A stretch of DNA of 64,000 nucleotides from Octopus sinensis (taxonomy: Eukaryota), in contig NC_043018.1 of assembly GCF_006345805.1 (NCBI RefSeq), positions 13,144,001 through 13,208,000 of the forward strand, given 5' to 3'. The notes beneath the pieces were generated by a model, which saw nothing but the letters and a program-made list of their open reading frames with translations, made no database searches and was not told the DNA's origin. The position numbers and the translations under genes are program-made. How positions within the stretch are numbered: the stretch's first letter is position 1; each line of letters opens with the position of its first letter. Of the stretch, positions 1-13,099 are shown piece by piece.

Positions 1-3000
1 AGGTTTGAGAAAGTTCTGCAGATATCACAGCCTCACCAAAGAAAACATGAGAAACTTCCCTTCAAAAATGAGCTTCTAGTATCACCTGCCTGGAGGTTTA
101 GACCTAAACCAGACTATTAAGCAATTAAAACTTTTGTTAATAATAATTTGCCCAATCATACTGCCTGTTGTTACCTAATCATATCTCTGCAATTTGTAGG
201 TGCCAGGCAGAGTTTAAGATTAGGGGGAAAAAAAACCCCAGCACCCGAATGTATGATTTGATTGCTCCCAATTGATCTACAAAAGCCGTAGCGTGAGCCT
301 ACCTTCTCTGCATATCCTAAAAGGAAATCTGTACTAGATTACCCTTTTCAAAATAGAAGGTAAAAGCCAAACGCTTTGCTAAATAAAACAATTATAGATT
401 TTGAAGAAAGGATTTCAGATATCTGTTAAAATACACAGTTAAAGAAAAAGAGAGAGAAAAAAAAAAAGAAAACTCAAACTGACTACTAGGGTGGAAATTA
501 TTGATGACGTTTGTATACTTGAGAAGCGTATAATCTTAATATTGTGAGTAAAGCCCTTTACCAAAGTTCCTTATTCCACTGAAAAGCTTTGCTCAAAACA
601 GTGTGATTCTTGTCTCCTCCCCACAACAAACAAACCGATCCAAATTTAGGAACTTTACAGTTTTCCTCCAGTATTTGCTCACTTCTTTACTTTATGAAAA
701 TTATAACAATTAAAATAAATTAATTTCACACATATTCATCAAAAATAGAGAATCTTTAAAATCATTTTCATACTATAACCTGCTACATGAAAATAATAAT
801 CATCATCATCATTTAACGTCCACTTTTCTATGTTTGCATAGGTAGGACAGAGTTTATTGGAAGTAGATTTCTTGAGCTGGATGCCCTTGCTGTCACCAAC
901 CCTCACTTGTTTCCAAGCAAAGTCATATTTCCCCTCCAGGGCCAGACATGGTCTCAAGGAATGTTGGAAATGAATGACACACATTTACAACTAAATTGAA
1001 ATATCAAAACAAAGAAGCACAAACAGACAGACAGACACTCACAAATATGCACATATTCATATATATACATACAACCAGGGTTTTTTTCAGTTTCCTTCAA
1101 CTAAATCCACTCATAAAGAGCTTTGGTTGGCCTAGGGCTATAATAGAAAACACTTGCCCAAGATGCCATGCAGAGAGACTGAACCCAGAACCATATGGTT
1201 AGGAAGCAAACTTCTTACAGAACAGCCATGCCTACACCATAATGTGTAACAATATTAAACTCCTGGGTTTGCCTTAAAAATAAATTTTAAAAACTGCAGT
1301 TTTCTTTCTTTTACTTCTAATAAAAAGAAGCATCCAGAGCATTACATCAGTAATAATGTTCAGAGTAATGAACATTCAGAAATCTTTTATTTACAGTAGT
1401 TTAATCACTAACCAACACAGTGGGTCTGATTGTTTCACTTAAGAGTTTCATTTAAGTCAAACCCAATGCACCTTTGTCCGAACATGTTTTTTTTTTGCCA
1501 AAGCATACTCATTTAAAAGACTCATTTACACATAATCCTTCATCAGAGGAACAACACAACAAAAACTCTATGTCCATACTTAAACAAAACTGCACAATAC
1601 ATATAGTTAAAAGAAAATCTAAATGAGTCATTAGTATTCTTCGTATTCTCTTCTAACTGGTGCAAAACCATTCAAAGACGGTTTTTGTAAGATTGGCTTT
1701 TGTGAGGAATTAAAATCACTTGAAAAGTATCACATTTTTAGTATCTATTATTCCATAGAAATTAGATAACCTACAAGGCAAATGTAAAAAGGTCCTGGTT
1801 TTCTAATGGCAACCAAGAAAGATCAACAAAATTATCTTATGCAACTATTTTCAATGCTCTACTATCTAACCTTTTAGCTTAAGTTCTAAGAACAAACCTT
1901 TTGAGTTGAACCTATCTGACACTGCCTCTTGTTCTTTTATAAAAAAAACTACCTATTTTAAAGTATTCCTATTAAAACCAAAACCTTCCAATTAAAATTG
2001 TTTAAAACAGCAGCTTCATAAATGAGTTTACTCAATTTCTCTAAATTCCTGATTATTTAAAATAAAAAAAAAACCCAAAGCATTTCAACAATATATTTCC
2101 TTACAGTCACAAATGGATTCTGACTGCCCTACCAACCTCATATAAATCTCATGATTTGGTTTCATCACATCTAAAACATTTTTTTTTTACCCTAGTTACT
2201 TTTGGCTTGTCAGAACTATCCTTCAACTTATACACAACCTATCCCTCATTACTAAATACCAGTACTCGCATTTTATAGCAAGCACCATACTGCCAACAAT
2301 TAACAGATTTCATAGAGTGAGATTCCATTAGTCGACATAAGCTTCTCCCTCAACTGCTGCTGCTGCTACCGACAACTGATTAACCAAAGAAAGAGTTATC
2401 AACTTAGTATTATTCTATGTTTACACTACTTTTAATTTAATAAATGGTTCTCCATCGGATTCCTGGAGTGCTACTTAACAGTGAAGACTAGGTCCAAAAC
2501 AATCTTAATAGCAGTAGTACAAGAGAATAATAGAATTCTATAACTGGGGATACTTCATGCTACAGACATGAAAAAGAAAAAAAAAGTATTCCACTTGATG
2601 CCAGAAAAAGATTGCAAATAAAATACGGGATTTTAATGTCTATTTTATGAGCAACAAGAGTCATATGGGGCCAGGGTTGAAGTGACGAAAGGATCTTGTT
2701 AACTAATCAAAAACTAACTTGTGACTTGATTCTTTTAATAAGCCCCAATTCATATACAGGGGTAATATGAGATTTAAGGACAGCTAGAGTGTCTATTGGA
2801 GAAAACCTTCAATCAAAGCTGACTTTGGTGACCCTGTAAAACAGCCACATACTGAAGTTTTTTCCTGACATATTACAGTGCTGGTATACCACTGCCTTCT
2901 GGAATTCAATTTTCTTTTTTTACTTAAGTTACTAAGTGAACTTATCTATTTACAGTAAAGTGGACAGGGTCATACTGTGCAATTGTGTCATCACAACACT

Positions 3001-4269
3001 CCCAGCAGCCTGTCAGGCAGACCTTCCACTGTTACCATCTAACAAACTTTGGTCTATTTACAAACATGTGGCTGACAATTCACAGCTGAAGTAAATCAGA
3101 CAGGATTTCAATTAAGAAACATGATTTCTGTGATTCATACTTTAATGATTCAAAATTATAAATAATGAGCAGAAAATAAAATCAGTGTTGAAATCGTTAA
3201 ACCAGACGTAACATGTAATTTACATTATAGCTACATTGCACATATTTAACACTAAATTAATTTACAGTAAATTACATAATTAATTAAGTTTAGAACTTCT
3301 GGGTGGAAAAGAATGAAGGAATGGTATGTGAATTTAAATCTTGGAATTGATAAGCATCTTGAATTTCTGGAAATCAGTTCTAAAAGCAGAAATGTTAACA
3401 GAGATACTTGCAGAATAGTAAATGAACTAGATGTAAGCAAGATAAAACTTATATTTAACCAAAATCACATATCATACACAAGAGTTTTCTATTTAGTAGG
3501 GCTGTGGAGTTGGTACATAAAACATTTAACTGATTCCTCAATTTATGGTGCCATTGACCAACTGCTCTTTTTGTAATTCAACTAATGTGTTTCTTACATT
3601 AACTGAAAGCACACAACATACAGTCACTGTAAGCCAAATTGTTGTGGATTTTTTTAAATTTTAAAGTGACAAACAAAAAGATAAACTAACAAAATTTTAA
3701 AGAAAAAGAGGATGTCTTCATGAAAAAGTCATAAAGTAAAAGAATATAAAAGAATTACACTACAAAAATGTTTATTAAAGAAAATCAGAAACATTTTTTT
3801 TTACTGTTTTGAAAATTTAAATACACCAAAAACAAACTGAACACCCAAAGTAACTTAAATGACTACTTCAAAAGGAACTCAATGAGCTACAAAACCCTTT
3901 TTGTGATTGAAAAATCCAAATCCAAAATTTAATAACATCTTCACTGCTTTAACCAGATCCTCCTTTATAAAAGCTCTTAAATCCGATTTGAACATTTTCA
4001 GTGCAGACAACAGTCGCCTTTGTATTTGTAAAATTGTAAACTTTAAGGCATTATATAAATAATTTATATCTAGTCAGAATTAGTACATTTTTTCTGGCTC
4101 CAACTTCAGTAACCTAACAAATGCTTTTGACTCTGACACCCAGCTATTCAGAGCTAATAAAAGTTTTAAAGATTATTTCACATGAAGCACAAATATATTT
4201 TGTAGAGGATTACCTATCAGATGGTTTTGTGGTTAGTGTGTCTTTGGCTCATGATCAATTGTAAGGTCA

Positions 4270-4530
4270 GGACTTCCAGGGGCACGTTGAATCTTTCAGC
4301 AAGTCACTTCATTTCAAGTGGCTCCAGTCCACACAACTGACAATAATGAGTAGCACTTGTAATTCAAGGAGCCAGCCTTCTCACAATCTGTGTCACCGAG
4401 AACAACATTAAGGGTATGCATATCTGTGGAATGCTCAGCCACTTGCACATTAATTTCACAAGCAGGCTGTTCCACTGACCAGATCAACTGGAACCCTCAT
4501 CGTTGTAACTGACAGAGTGCTAGTCACATA
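4270..4530 (-). mobile_element. SINE-like interspersed repeat (family D here), partial
   Basis: Reverse complement resembles 49920-50170 (shared gaaattaa..tgcaagtggct.ag.a.tccacaga, gtgacacaga.tgtga.aaggctggc). Boundaries approximate. Confidence 0.7.
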
Positions 4531-4558
4531 TCAGGTATAGTAACCACATCTCTGATGT

Positions 4559-4931
4559 AGTAAAGATTTTTGCCAACATAACATGGTAGTCCTGGTTTAG
4601 GACGGATGTTGCTATAATTTAGACCCAGGAGACATCGTCTCCAGCTGGCTACACGACATGACCTGTGTCCTTATATTTTTGAACAAGGGAATCTAGCACC
4701 CCAACTCGGCTCAAAACAATATCTGTGTATCACAATTTACAGGTTATTTCCCTTCATCAGCACAGAATAATTGTTTTGAGCTGAGTGAGGGTGCTAGATT
4801 CCCTTGTTCGAAAATATAAGGACACAGATCATGTTGTATAGCCAGCTGGAAACGATGTCTCCTGGGGCTAAATTACAGCAATATTTGTCCTAAACCAGGA
4901 CTACCACGTTATGTTGGCAAAAATCTTTACT
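4559..4931. mobile_element. Fold-back element with ~170-bp arms, Penelope-like-element-derived candidate
   Basis: 4559-4727 is the reverse complement of 4761-4931 with about 15 differences, mostly transitions. The 33-nt loop is a hammerhead core. Confidence 0.85.
4722..4766 (-). ncRNA. Minimal type I hammerhead ribozyme motif, decayed
   Basis: Minus strand TCTGTG-CTGATGA-AGGgaaataaCCT-GtAAA-TTGTGA-TA-CACAGA: 6-bp stem I, intact CUGAUGA, 3-bp stem II, GAAA interrupted by one extra T, AUA cleavage triplet. Confidence 0.7.
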
Positions 4932-5603
4932 CCAAAGTACTATTGCTGAATATCTCTCGTGAGATTTAAAAATAGTAATTTTCTAATCTCTGATGCAGTT
5001 CAAAATAAAGGATATAACAGATTTTAAAATCCTTTTGGTTAAATAGATATTTTACATACATCGATGTAAATGAGCAATATTTTACCTATGTAACTTATTT
5101 TATTGTAATGAACTGAAATTTACTTCTCAGACCTCTGCTTATAACTTCATGCAATGTCTCCTCCTCTCCAGAACTATGTTCCTTCAACTCAGTTCAAACT
5201 CTTGTTAAAACTGAACTACCAACTAAGCCCATCCTGTTATTCCAAACATCAAATACAGGAAGGACTGAAAATGTTATTGGTACCACTTCTTTGCCTTAAT
5301 GAATTTAATTAATTCTAAGACTTCCTGAAGAATCTGGTTATTTTTTATTGATTAGATCAATTCAATCAGATGTATTCACTTTATATAATGAGACAACATT
5401 ATTGCTTTTTATGTTATGCAATACAGAGAACAGGTTTTCAATATTCAAACCAGGTTAACAATTTCAATTCTATGAATACTCAATTCATAGAAATTCAAAT
5501 TCAATCCATTTAACGAAATAAATGAAGAAAATTCAATATCTCAACACCAACTCCACAAATTCTTTCGAGTGGAATCATCAGGTGCAGTAGTGTCAGACAC
5601 TGA

Positions 5604-5816
5604 ACATTTGACAAAATCAACATTCTTGTCTACTATCCAGGCCAAGATTATATAGAGCAGCTTCAGTTCTACTTTATTCAAACAGTACGGGACAATTCTC
5701 TTGCATTCAAAATACAAAGGGAAGATTTCAAAAAACTGAACCTGGCTTACCAAATCTTGAACCTAGCTTACCAACTGTTGGCAGAAAATATATATTCAAG
5801 TAGTGAGGCAAATTAA
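5604..5816 (+). pseudogene. Possible decayed LTR-retrotransposon gag fragment
   Basis: Start-less open frame TFDKINILVYYPGQDYIEQLQFYFIQTVRDNSL...AYQLL loosely recalls the Y.E.L.FYF motif of Ty3/Gypsy gag N-termini. Pattern recognition only. Confidence 0.2.
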
Positions 5817-6479
5817 TTCTTTATCAATAAAACAAATATCTAGCAGTCTTTGTGAAGTACAGTTACCACATTCTGAGGTTACAAAAATTGTTTCTGATCT
5901 GATGAATAACATTCATCTTGAAAACAACAAATCTGAGATACAACTGTAACCAAGCTGGTGGTCAATGAAGACTTTAGAGCAGTATTTCTCATGGCAGGGA
6001 AGAATAGGGTTGAAAAGATGGACAAATTGATTTCTTGTTAATAAAGATGGAAATGCCAAAGGTTTTCACTAAAGAGTGGGGAGCTGGTATTTGTCATTAT
6101 GAGAACCACTGCGTTAGGAGTTAAAAGGAGACATCTCGGCTCTAAATACCTTTGACAATATCATTCAATCGTTATAGATAGGAACATTTATTCAGTCATT
6201 TTAGAGAAATTAATTGGCCACAACATTTTCAAAGTGAATCAAGTCTATTTTATAGATGGCATAGACTGACTAACTCCAAGATCAGAAGCAAACCAAGAAA
6301 AAAAGGTTGAAACTATTCAAAAAAGAGGTTTTAGTAAATACAACACAATACTGAGAACAAGACATTTTTGTTTTACATTTAAGTTTTGTTGCTTTATAGG
6401 AAACCAAATATTTACTTCTGATGAAAGAGATGTTACTAAAACTAGCAGCCAAATCTCACTCAAGTTACATCATATCATC

Positions 6480-6707
6480 TTAACCCTCCAGCATTCAGTT
6501 ACTATGTCAAATATGACATTTATTAATCCATGCTGTTTTGAATTAATCATGCATTATCTCGTAGCTTTGAGATTTTGATGTGATTATATTTTTAGGATGA
6601 CATTGTGAAGTAGATGGATGTTAAGAGGCCACATCGGGTTGGTTTGAGAATAAAACAGGTAAAATATTTGGGTGAGATAATGGCTGGTTCAAGTGCTAAA
6701 GGGTAAA
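6480..6707. mobile_element. piggyBac-type (TTAA) MITE
   Basis: Begins TTAACCC and ends GGGTAAA. Interior resembles 32460-32678 and the reverse complement of 41813-42024. Confidence 0.7.
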
Positions 6708-6931
6708 AAAACACATTGGATAATATCGTCCTGGATCCACCGCCTACAAAATAGACGGAATGGTGAAGGATGTGGAAATTTATTTTTCATTATAGGTCTA
6801 ACATGGAAACAGACCACAACACAAACATTAAAGACAAAAGTTTAGTTATTCTTTGATACTTAAGTTATCTATTGGAAAAATCCAGGATGTTTGGGGCAGA
6901 TCAAAATGCAGTTTGATTTCACATACATAAC

Positions 6932-7148
6932 ATTATTGATTGGTTTTAAGTGATATCATCATAGATTATGTGTGCATGCCAAGTTACATATGTTACTGCA
7001 AGTATAACTTCCAGCTGATATGTTAAACGATGATGATGATGAACGTATCAGCTGGAAGTTATACTTGCAGTAACATATGTAACTTGGCATGCACACATAA
7101 TCTATGATGATATCACTTAAAACCAATCACTTAAAACCAATCAATAAT
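6932..7148. repeat. Near-perfect inverted repeat (hairpin) with SINE-tail loop
   Basis: 6937-7020 is the exact reverse complement of 7046-7129. Pairing extends to 6932/7148 past a 14-bp direct duplication (cttaaaaccaatca x2). Confidence 0.95.
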
Positions 7149-8157
7149 TTTCTCCAATTTCTTTTGTTATTGCAACACTAAGGTCATTGTACTTTCTGTT
7201 CTTTTAATCTTGAAAGTTTTGCTTGTATAAGTTTTGTACATTAAAAATAAATAAAAGAAATGACAACAAACAATGAAACTATCGCTTACAAGCAAAATAT
7301 ATAAAAACTGCATAAACAGCTTGTGATTATATTTATATTGAAATTGATTGGACAGGTTTCAATTAATACTGAAATTAATTTGGAAGTAATTTGGAAGTAT
7401 TTATTCAACTAATTTCTTTCTTAGATAAAATTATGGAGGGCTTTAATTTATCAATGTAAACTTTAAAATTGATGGGTTTTGTATGTAGACCTAACCAGAG
7501 GTCAAGAATAGAATTCCACAACAGTACATATAAAAATGCTTCAAAACCAAATGGTGAATAAATCAATAAACAGGTGATGGTTACGAGATAGAATGATGGC
7601 CAGCATGAACAAGAACAAGAACTATAAAGAGATTATAGGAATTCAAAATTGAAACCACACCAAGTATAAATACATAGGACAAAGGAGTCTATATGCAGTC
7701 ATTCAATCTTTTAGGAAATAACAGCTTAATCTCCTATAAATCACAAGCAGCCATGTTAAGTAAAGGCTACAAGTGTAGTCCACTAAACAAAAAGGCAGGA
7801 TAACTTTGTATATATTGTATAATTAGGATTAACTTGGGACCAAACAGTTGAGCAAACGAAGGGGTGGGGGCACTGTCTTGTATTCCAAGATATACAATGA
7901 CCCCAAAAAATCATTGGATGGTCATGGCTGGAAAGTTTTTCCATAACAGAAAACTGGTATGATGCTAAGCAAGGTGCATTCACAGGTTTGCTGGACCAGG
8001 GCTGGCCAAGGAGCAAAGGTAGGAGACAACACACAGCATCAAAATAGGTGAAGGAGGAGGATACTCAGCAGAAAATTGTTAACATTCAATTCACAATTTA
8101 ATATTTCCATGATTGTACCATTGCATCATTTAAAGAAAAAGAAATTGGATAAAAATT

Positions 8158-8199
<42 letters not shown>

Positions 8200-9023
8200 A
8201 CTAGCTGGCTCAACCGGTAATTCCCAGAAATGCAAGGCCTATCCCATGGTTCTGTTCTCATAACAGTTTTGCTAATCCAATAGCAACAATACAAAGTATG
8301 TAGCCCTTAAAACGGTTTTTGTGCATTTACAGAGAATACCAAACCCCAAACCATCTTACATAGGATTTTTTGTTTTTAGGAAATCCCAATAAGTTATGAA
8401 TACCAAAATCGTGAAGTCAGTTATGTAATAACATGCAAATTAGTTACCCAATAGTAACAATTCAAATAAAGTAGCCCTGAAAAGGGCTTCAATGCACTCC
8501 CAGAGTATATAGAACTTAGGAGGAAATATCAGTAAGGTATGTATACCAAAATCGTCAAGTATATTACATAATAACAGGCAAATCAGATATGAGATAATAA
8601 TAAATAATAATTCAAAGTAACTCTGTAAAGTTCTTCCTGTAGCACCTGTCAATTAGCTGAAGTGACATGATAGGCATCATTATTATTCATAGAATATTCG
8701 TGAATAATAAGTCAATAACCAAAATAAGTGGATCTATTGTTGAGGAAAATACTACCTACTTGTTTAAGGGTTGTTCTGGGTACAGTGCACAAAATAACCC
8801 TAACAGTTCAAATACTAGAAAACAAACATACTCAACTTGATTTACGTCAAGTAAAATGTAATATTTTGAAAGATTTTTGCACAGTTGTCATGGAAACAGT
8901 ACATCAATGGTAAAATTTGCAAGTAAGTTGAGGCATTAATATCTCCATAACCCAAGGTAAGATTTTACTCAAATTTGTCCACCACCATCACTCGCCAACT
9001 GATGTTGATGTGTTTATATCCTT

Positions 9024-9465
9024 ATCAGCAGCATAGCCCGGCGTTGCCCGGGTATGTAAGAGCCCCTAGTAGGCAACGACTAATCCCAATCTAGTCCTTT
9101 CCCTCTTGGGAACGAAGGCGCATGTGTAGGTTGCAATGTCTTCTCTTCACTCGAATACTTCTGTGTATACAATGTTCCTAGCTGTCCCTTTGGGCGAAAA
9201 CATGAAAACATCATCCCAACGCGTGAACAGCCCAGAAAATGTGTTGCATATAAAAAGCTTAGATTCTCGACCCCATGTCGAATTTATCGATTTTTTTCAG
9301 AACTGGAGGAACTTTTCAAAATTTTCGCTGCGTTAGTTTTGAATTATGACATTGGGCTATAAGTGTGTCAAGTTTCATCAGAATCGGTTGAAAGCCGTGG
9401 TCAGGGTGAGGGTACAACCTGACAGACACACAGACAGACAAACTGCCGTTTATATAGAGAGAGAT
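9024..9465 (+). mobile_element. Non-autonomous Helentron-like (HINE/DINE-1-type) element
   Basis: 5' cagcagcatagCCCGGcgttgCCCGGG motif, GACAGAC microsatellite and tttatatagagagagat 3' end. Same architecture as 60296-60669. Confidence 0.65.
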
Positions 9466-11350
9466 AACTTAAGCACTTTGGTCAGCAAAAGGGACCAGCA
9501 GAATAAGTATCAGACTTTAAAGTACTGGGGGTCAATCCATTCAACTAAAATTCTTTGAGGCCCCATGGCCACAATCTGATGACAAGAACATGGAAAAGAT
9601 AGCATCACTTATTGAGACACCATTCCAGTCAGATGCTCCTCCTGTTGCCAACCCTTGTTTTTTTACTCTTTGCTGGAAATGCAAATGTATCACTAAATAC
9701 CCAAACAGTGTCAATGCAGACTTGAGGAAAACATGCCTACACACACACACACACACACACACACATTCACATGACAAGCTTCTATGCAGTGGCAACCAAT
9801 TTCATTTACCAGTCCATGGCTTTAAATGAAGACACTTGTCCTAAGTGCCACACAGTAAGACAGAGCTTGATACTTAAATGGTTACAAAGCAGATTTTAGT
9901 GCACAGCTATCCTCTTACCTATAAATGCTTCTTTATATCTATCTAAATAAAGGAAAAAAAAAACATGTTGGTGCATGTTTCTGCAAACATGACCTCCAGT
10001 ACTTGACCTAAAGCACATAGTAATACATTGGTCATATCAACAGAGGGAACTATCCCACTATCTACATTTTATGTACTGAATACTATTCTCTAAACTTTTG
10101 CCACAAATAAAAGCCTGGTTAAGAAAAAGGAAATGATTATCTTTGAATAAATGCAAAAAATGTTTCCTGAAGACTTTATCAGTTATTAAGCAGTAAGACT
10201 GAACTAAATAACACACGAATATTATACATGCCACGGCTAAACAGAAAATGGGACCAAGGTGATAAATGTGACACTCCAGATGAACTGAAATGATTTAGGA
10301 AGAATCCAAAATGAAAATAAGGAGCACAACAGTGATATAGTAAAGTTAAGTGAGCTATGGAGGACCGAGTACTCTATCCCCCTCTGAAAAAAACACATGA
10401 AGTCAAAAAACAAGGAACTGAGACGGTTGCTAAAAACTGACAAAGATTGTCATAGGTTACTGTATATTGAAAAGTGGAAAATTTTCCAAGACCCTATCTC
10501 TAGTATGTATGAGGCATGGTACAAACAATTCAAATATCCATTCCCCGACAAAACACAGCAAGTTGAGGGCAAACAACTAAAATATAAAGACATCACCAGT
10601 GAAACCATTCTGACAAAATGGATATCATGTAGATGAGACCTAAGTCAGATATTAGTATAAAAAAATTCAAAATACAATACACACTGAGTGATTCAGAAGT
10701 CCCCTTAGTATTTAAATGTTATAATAAATTTAAGCACTAAAAGAACTTTTGAATCATCATCAATTTAGGGTCCATTTTCCCATACTTGTATGTGTCAGAT
10801 GAAATTTGTTAAGACAGATTTTCTTTGGCCGGGTGCCCTTCCTGTTGCCAACCTTTATCTGTTTCCAAACAAAATGATATTCCTCCATGGCCAGACATGT
10901 TTTTATGGAGGGTTGAAAATGAAAGACAATTGCTTATATGATGATACTCATTTACAACAACCTCACAATGTCAAGACAAGGTCACACCCACATCTGAGTG
11001 TGTCCAATGGGCTTTTTCAGTTTCCGTCTCTGAAATTTACTCACAAGGTTTTGATTGGCCAAGGGCTTCAGTACAAGATACATAGTGCCACATAATACAA
11101 CTGAACCTAAAACTATGTAGTAGGGAAGCAAACTTCTTAACATAACCATATGAGACACAGAGTATGTGTATATACTAGTGCTAACACACTATCTTCAAGA
11201 TAGCATTTATGCAGTAATATATAGAGTTTGCATATATTTGTACATAGGAGTAAAGGGGCAAATACATCAACAAGAGGGAATAAATGATATGAAATGGTTT
11301 GAGAATCACCAAAAGTAAAAAAATACTTTATTGGTTAGAAACAGAGTATT

Positions 11351-11384
<34 letters not shown>

Positions 11385-11393
<9 letters not shown>

Positions 11394-11760
11394 GTTAAAA
11401 AGGACAACTAACGTTAAGGCAAGGCAATCATTTCAATGTGATATACATTATTATCATTGAAAAAAATTCAAAGACTTACAGCTGTTTCTGGGATATCCCA
11501 GAGCATGGGATATTCCGTCATCAGAGACAAATAGGGAAAATGAGAAGGGTATAGATTAATGAAATAACAACACAGAGGACAGGAGTAAAGGAATAAGGAG
11601 ATGAAGAGAGAGAAGAAAAAAAAGCATAAGAGTTCACAGTTCAACTTTCTGATGTTGTAGATATAAGTCCCGGACTTAGGTGCAATCCTGCGTAAATCCA
11701 TGTGGGTCAAAGTTCTGATATTGTAAACATCCATTACAGCACTTACCTAGCGTACCTAAT
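11385..11760 (-). mobile_element. Penelope-like element 3' (pseudo-LTR) fragment
   Basis: Contains a hammerhead motif of the same family as the one in the GIY-YIG-bearing relic at 51.6-53.0 kb. Boundaries approximate. Confidence 0.55.
11473..11528 (-). ncRNA. Minimal type I hammerhead ribozyme motif, core intact
   Basis: Minus strand GTCT-CTGATGA-c-GGAATATCCCA-tgctc-TGGGATATCCC-a-GAAA-CAGCT-GTA-AGTC: intact core, 10-of-11-bp stem II, palindromic stem III (ACAGCTGT), GUA triplet. Confidence 0.8.
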
Positions 11761-13099
11761 CGCTTAGATCACCTGTGAACTAAACCCCCATACTTTGTGT
11801 GTGTGTATATTACACACCTTTGGAGTGAACAAAAAGGAGATCATTAGGGTCAAAATGGTTTAAGAGACTTTGTTTCAACCAGCATTAACAGGCTGAGGGG
11901 TGCAAGACAAAGGTGCAAATATACCACCTGCACTGACCCATACTCCTCATACTTGCAACGTCTGCAGGCTTCTTTGCAAATTGTTTATGAGACTCATCTG
12001 TCACATTTGACATAAGCATTATGACTGACAAAGAAAGGATGGTCGTCATATCTTCTTGGGTTGAAACCGACAAGAGTCTATCATACACACGATTGTTTTT
12101 GTCAGACAAATGAGAGAAGAGTGTTCAATACATGTGGCTGATGATGTGGGGCTCATTTTTATTGAAAATGAAATTGAGTCTGTCCTATGACTCTCACCTC
12201 ATTGCAGTCTTTAGGCAAAACTTATTTGCCTCGGAACTACCTGATAGGCTATGCAAATATCACCTAACCAGAGATTTTTAGATTCCCATTCCCCAATGGC
12301 AATTTTGACTGGACCCTCAGTTGGAATAGTCTGTCTTTCTCTTTCCTATGAGTTCTCATTTAAAAAAGACTTAGAACAGCATTGCCAAGCTACCTTTCAC
12401 TCAACTTTAGTAAGACTGAATATGCCCCAATTATTAGACTTTCCATCAATTACACTGCTATGCTATCCGGAGCACCTCACACCTCTGAACAGTGACATAT
12501 CTCTTATATTTCACTTCTTTCATTACTGAGAATACTTAACATATAACTTCTCTTCAAGCTAACTGATATTGTTCCTTGTGACCCACCGCTCTTCTATTAT
12601 TTCCAATCCCATCTCTTAGCTTTTATGGCTCTATTATACTTTTCCCAGCACCATATCACCTGTATGATTTGAATCTAAAGTGAAGAACTCCTCTGTTAAC
12701 TGAGAATGTGGTGATATTTTTCGTCAGGTGTGCACAAGAAACTACTGCAGCCTACTTCATTTGGTATGTCATAGGCAGAGAGAATATGAAATGTTCATTC
12801 ATGGTGGACAGAGTTAAAAGCTACCCTTATGATACTAACCTGGTCATAGTCGGCTGAAAAAATTTTTGGGTTCATAAGACCAACCCGGCCGAAAGTACCC
12901 ATTGCTATTTAAATGTGAATTTAAGCACAGATCTCCTTAGTACATTTGTGAAAATACGTGATTTCATTTTGTAAATAGTTGAGTTATAGTATCCAACATT
13001 GCTTGACATGATATCTCTGAACTCAGTGAATTTTGGGAGATTTTTTTCCACATTTGTTCGGCATCGATATTTTTCTCAACTTTGAAAATGGATAGGAGT

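Noticed and set aside
1-120. Open frame RFEKVLQISQPHQRKHEKLPFKNELLVSPAWRFRPKPDY* from the window edge, a possible terminal exon
   Set aside because: Only 39 codons, no recognisable family and no visible splice site; cannot be distinguished from chance.
3880-4070. Minus-strand 63-codon frame (DINYLYNALKF...KKGFVAH*) with 3'-UTR-like sequence downstream
   Set aside because: Weak acceptor and no homology that I recognise.
5560-5590. CTGATGA...GAAA with hammerhead-like spacing on the minus strand
   Set aside because: The intervening TTCCACTC cannot form stem II and there is no stem III or NUH site.
10237-10384. Acceptor-like site followed by a hydrophobic 48-codon frame on the minus strand
   Set aside because: No partner exons or recognisable product; T-rich DNA readily yields hydrophobic peptides.
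11468-11734. Apparent exon with a GTAAGT donor at about 11478
   Set aside because: The donor-like motif is the GUA cleavage site and stem I of a hammerhead in a Penelope-like fragment.
11880-12835. Possible decayed DNA transposon (mariner-like terminus near 12830)
   Set aside because: No unambiguous catalytic motif or matching second TIR could be found by eye.
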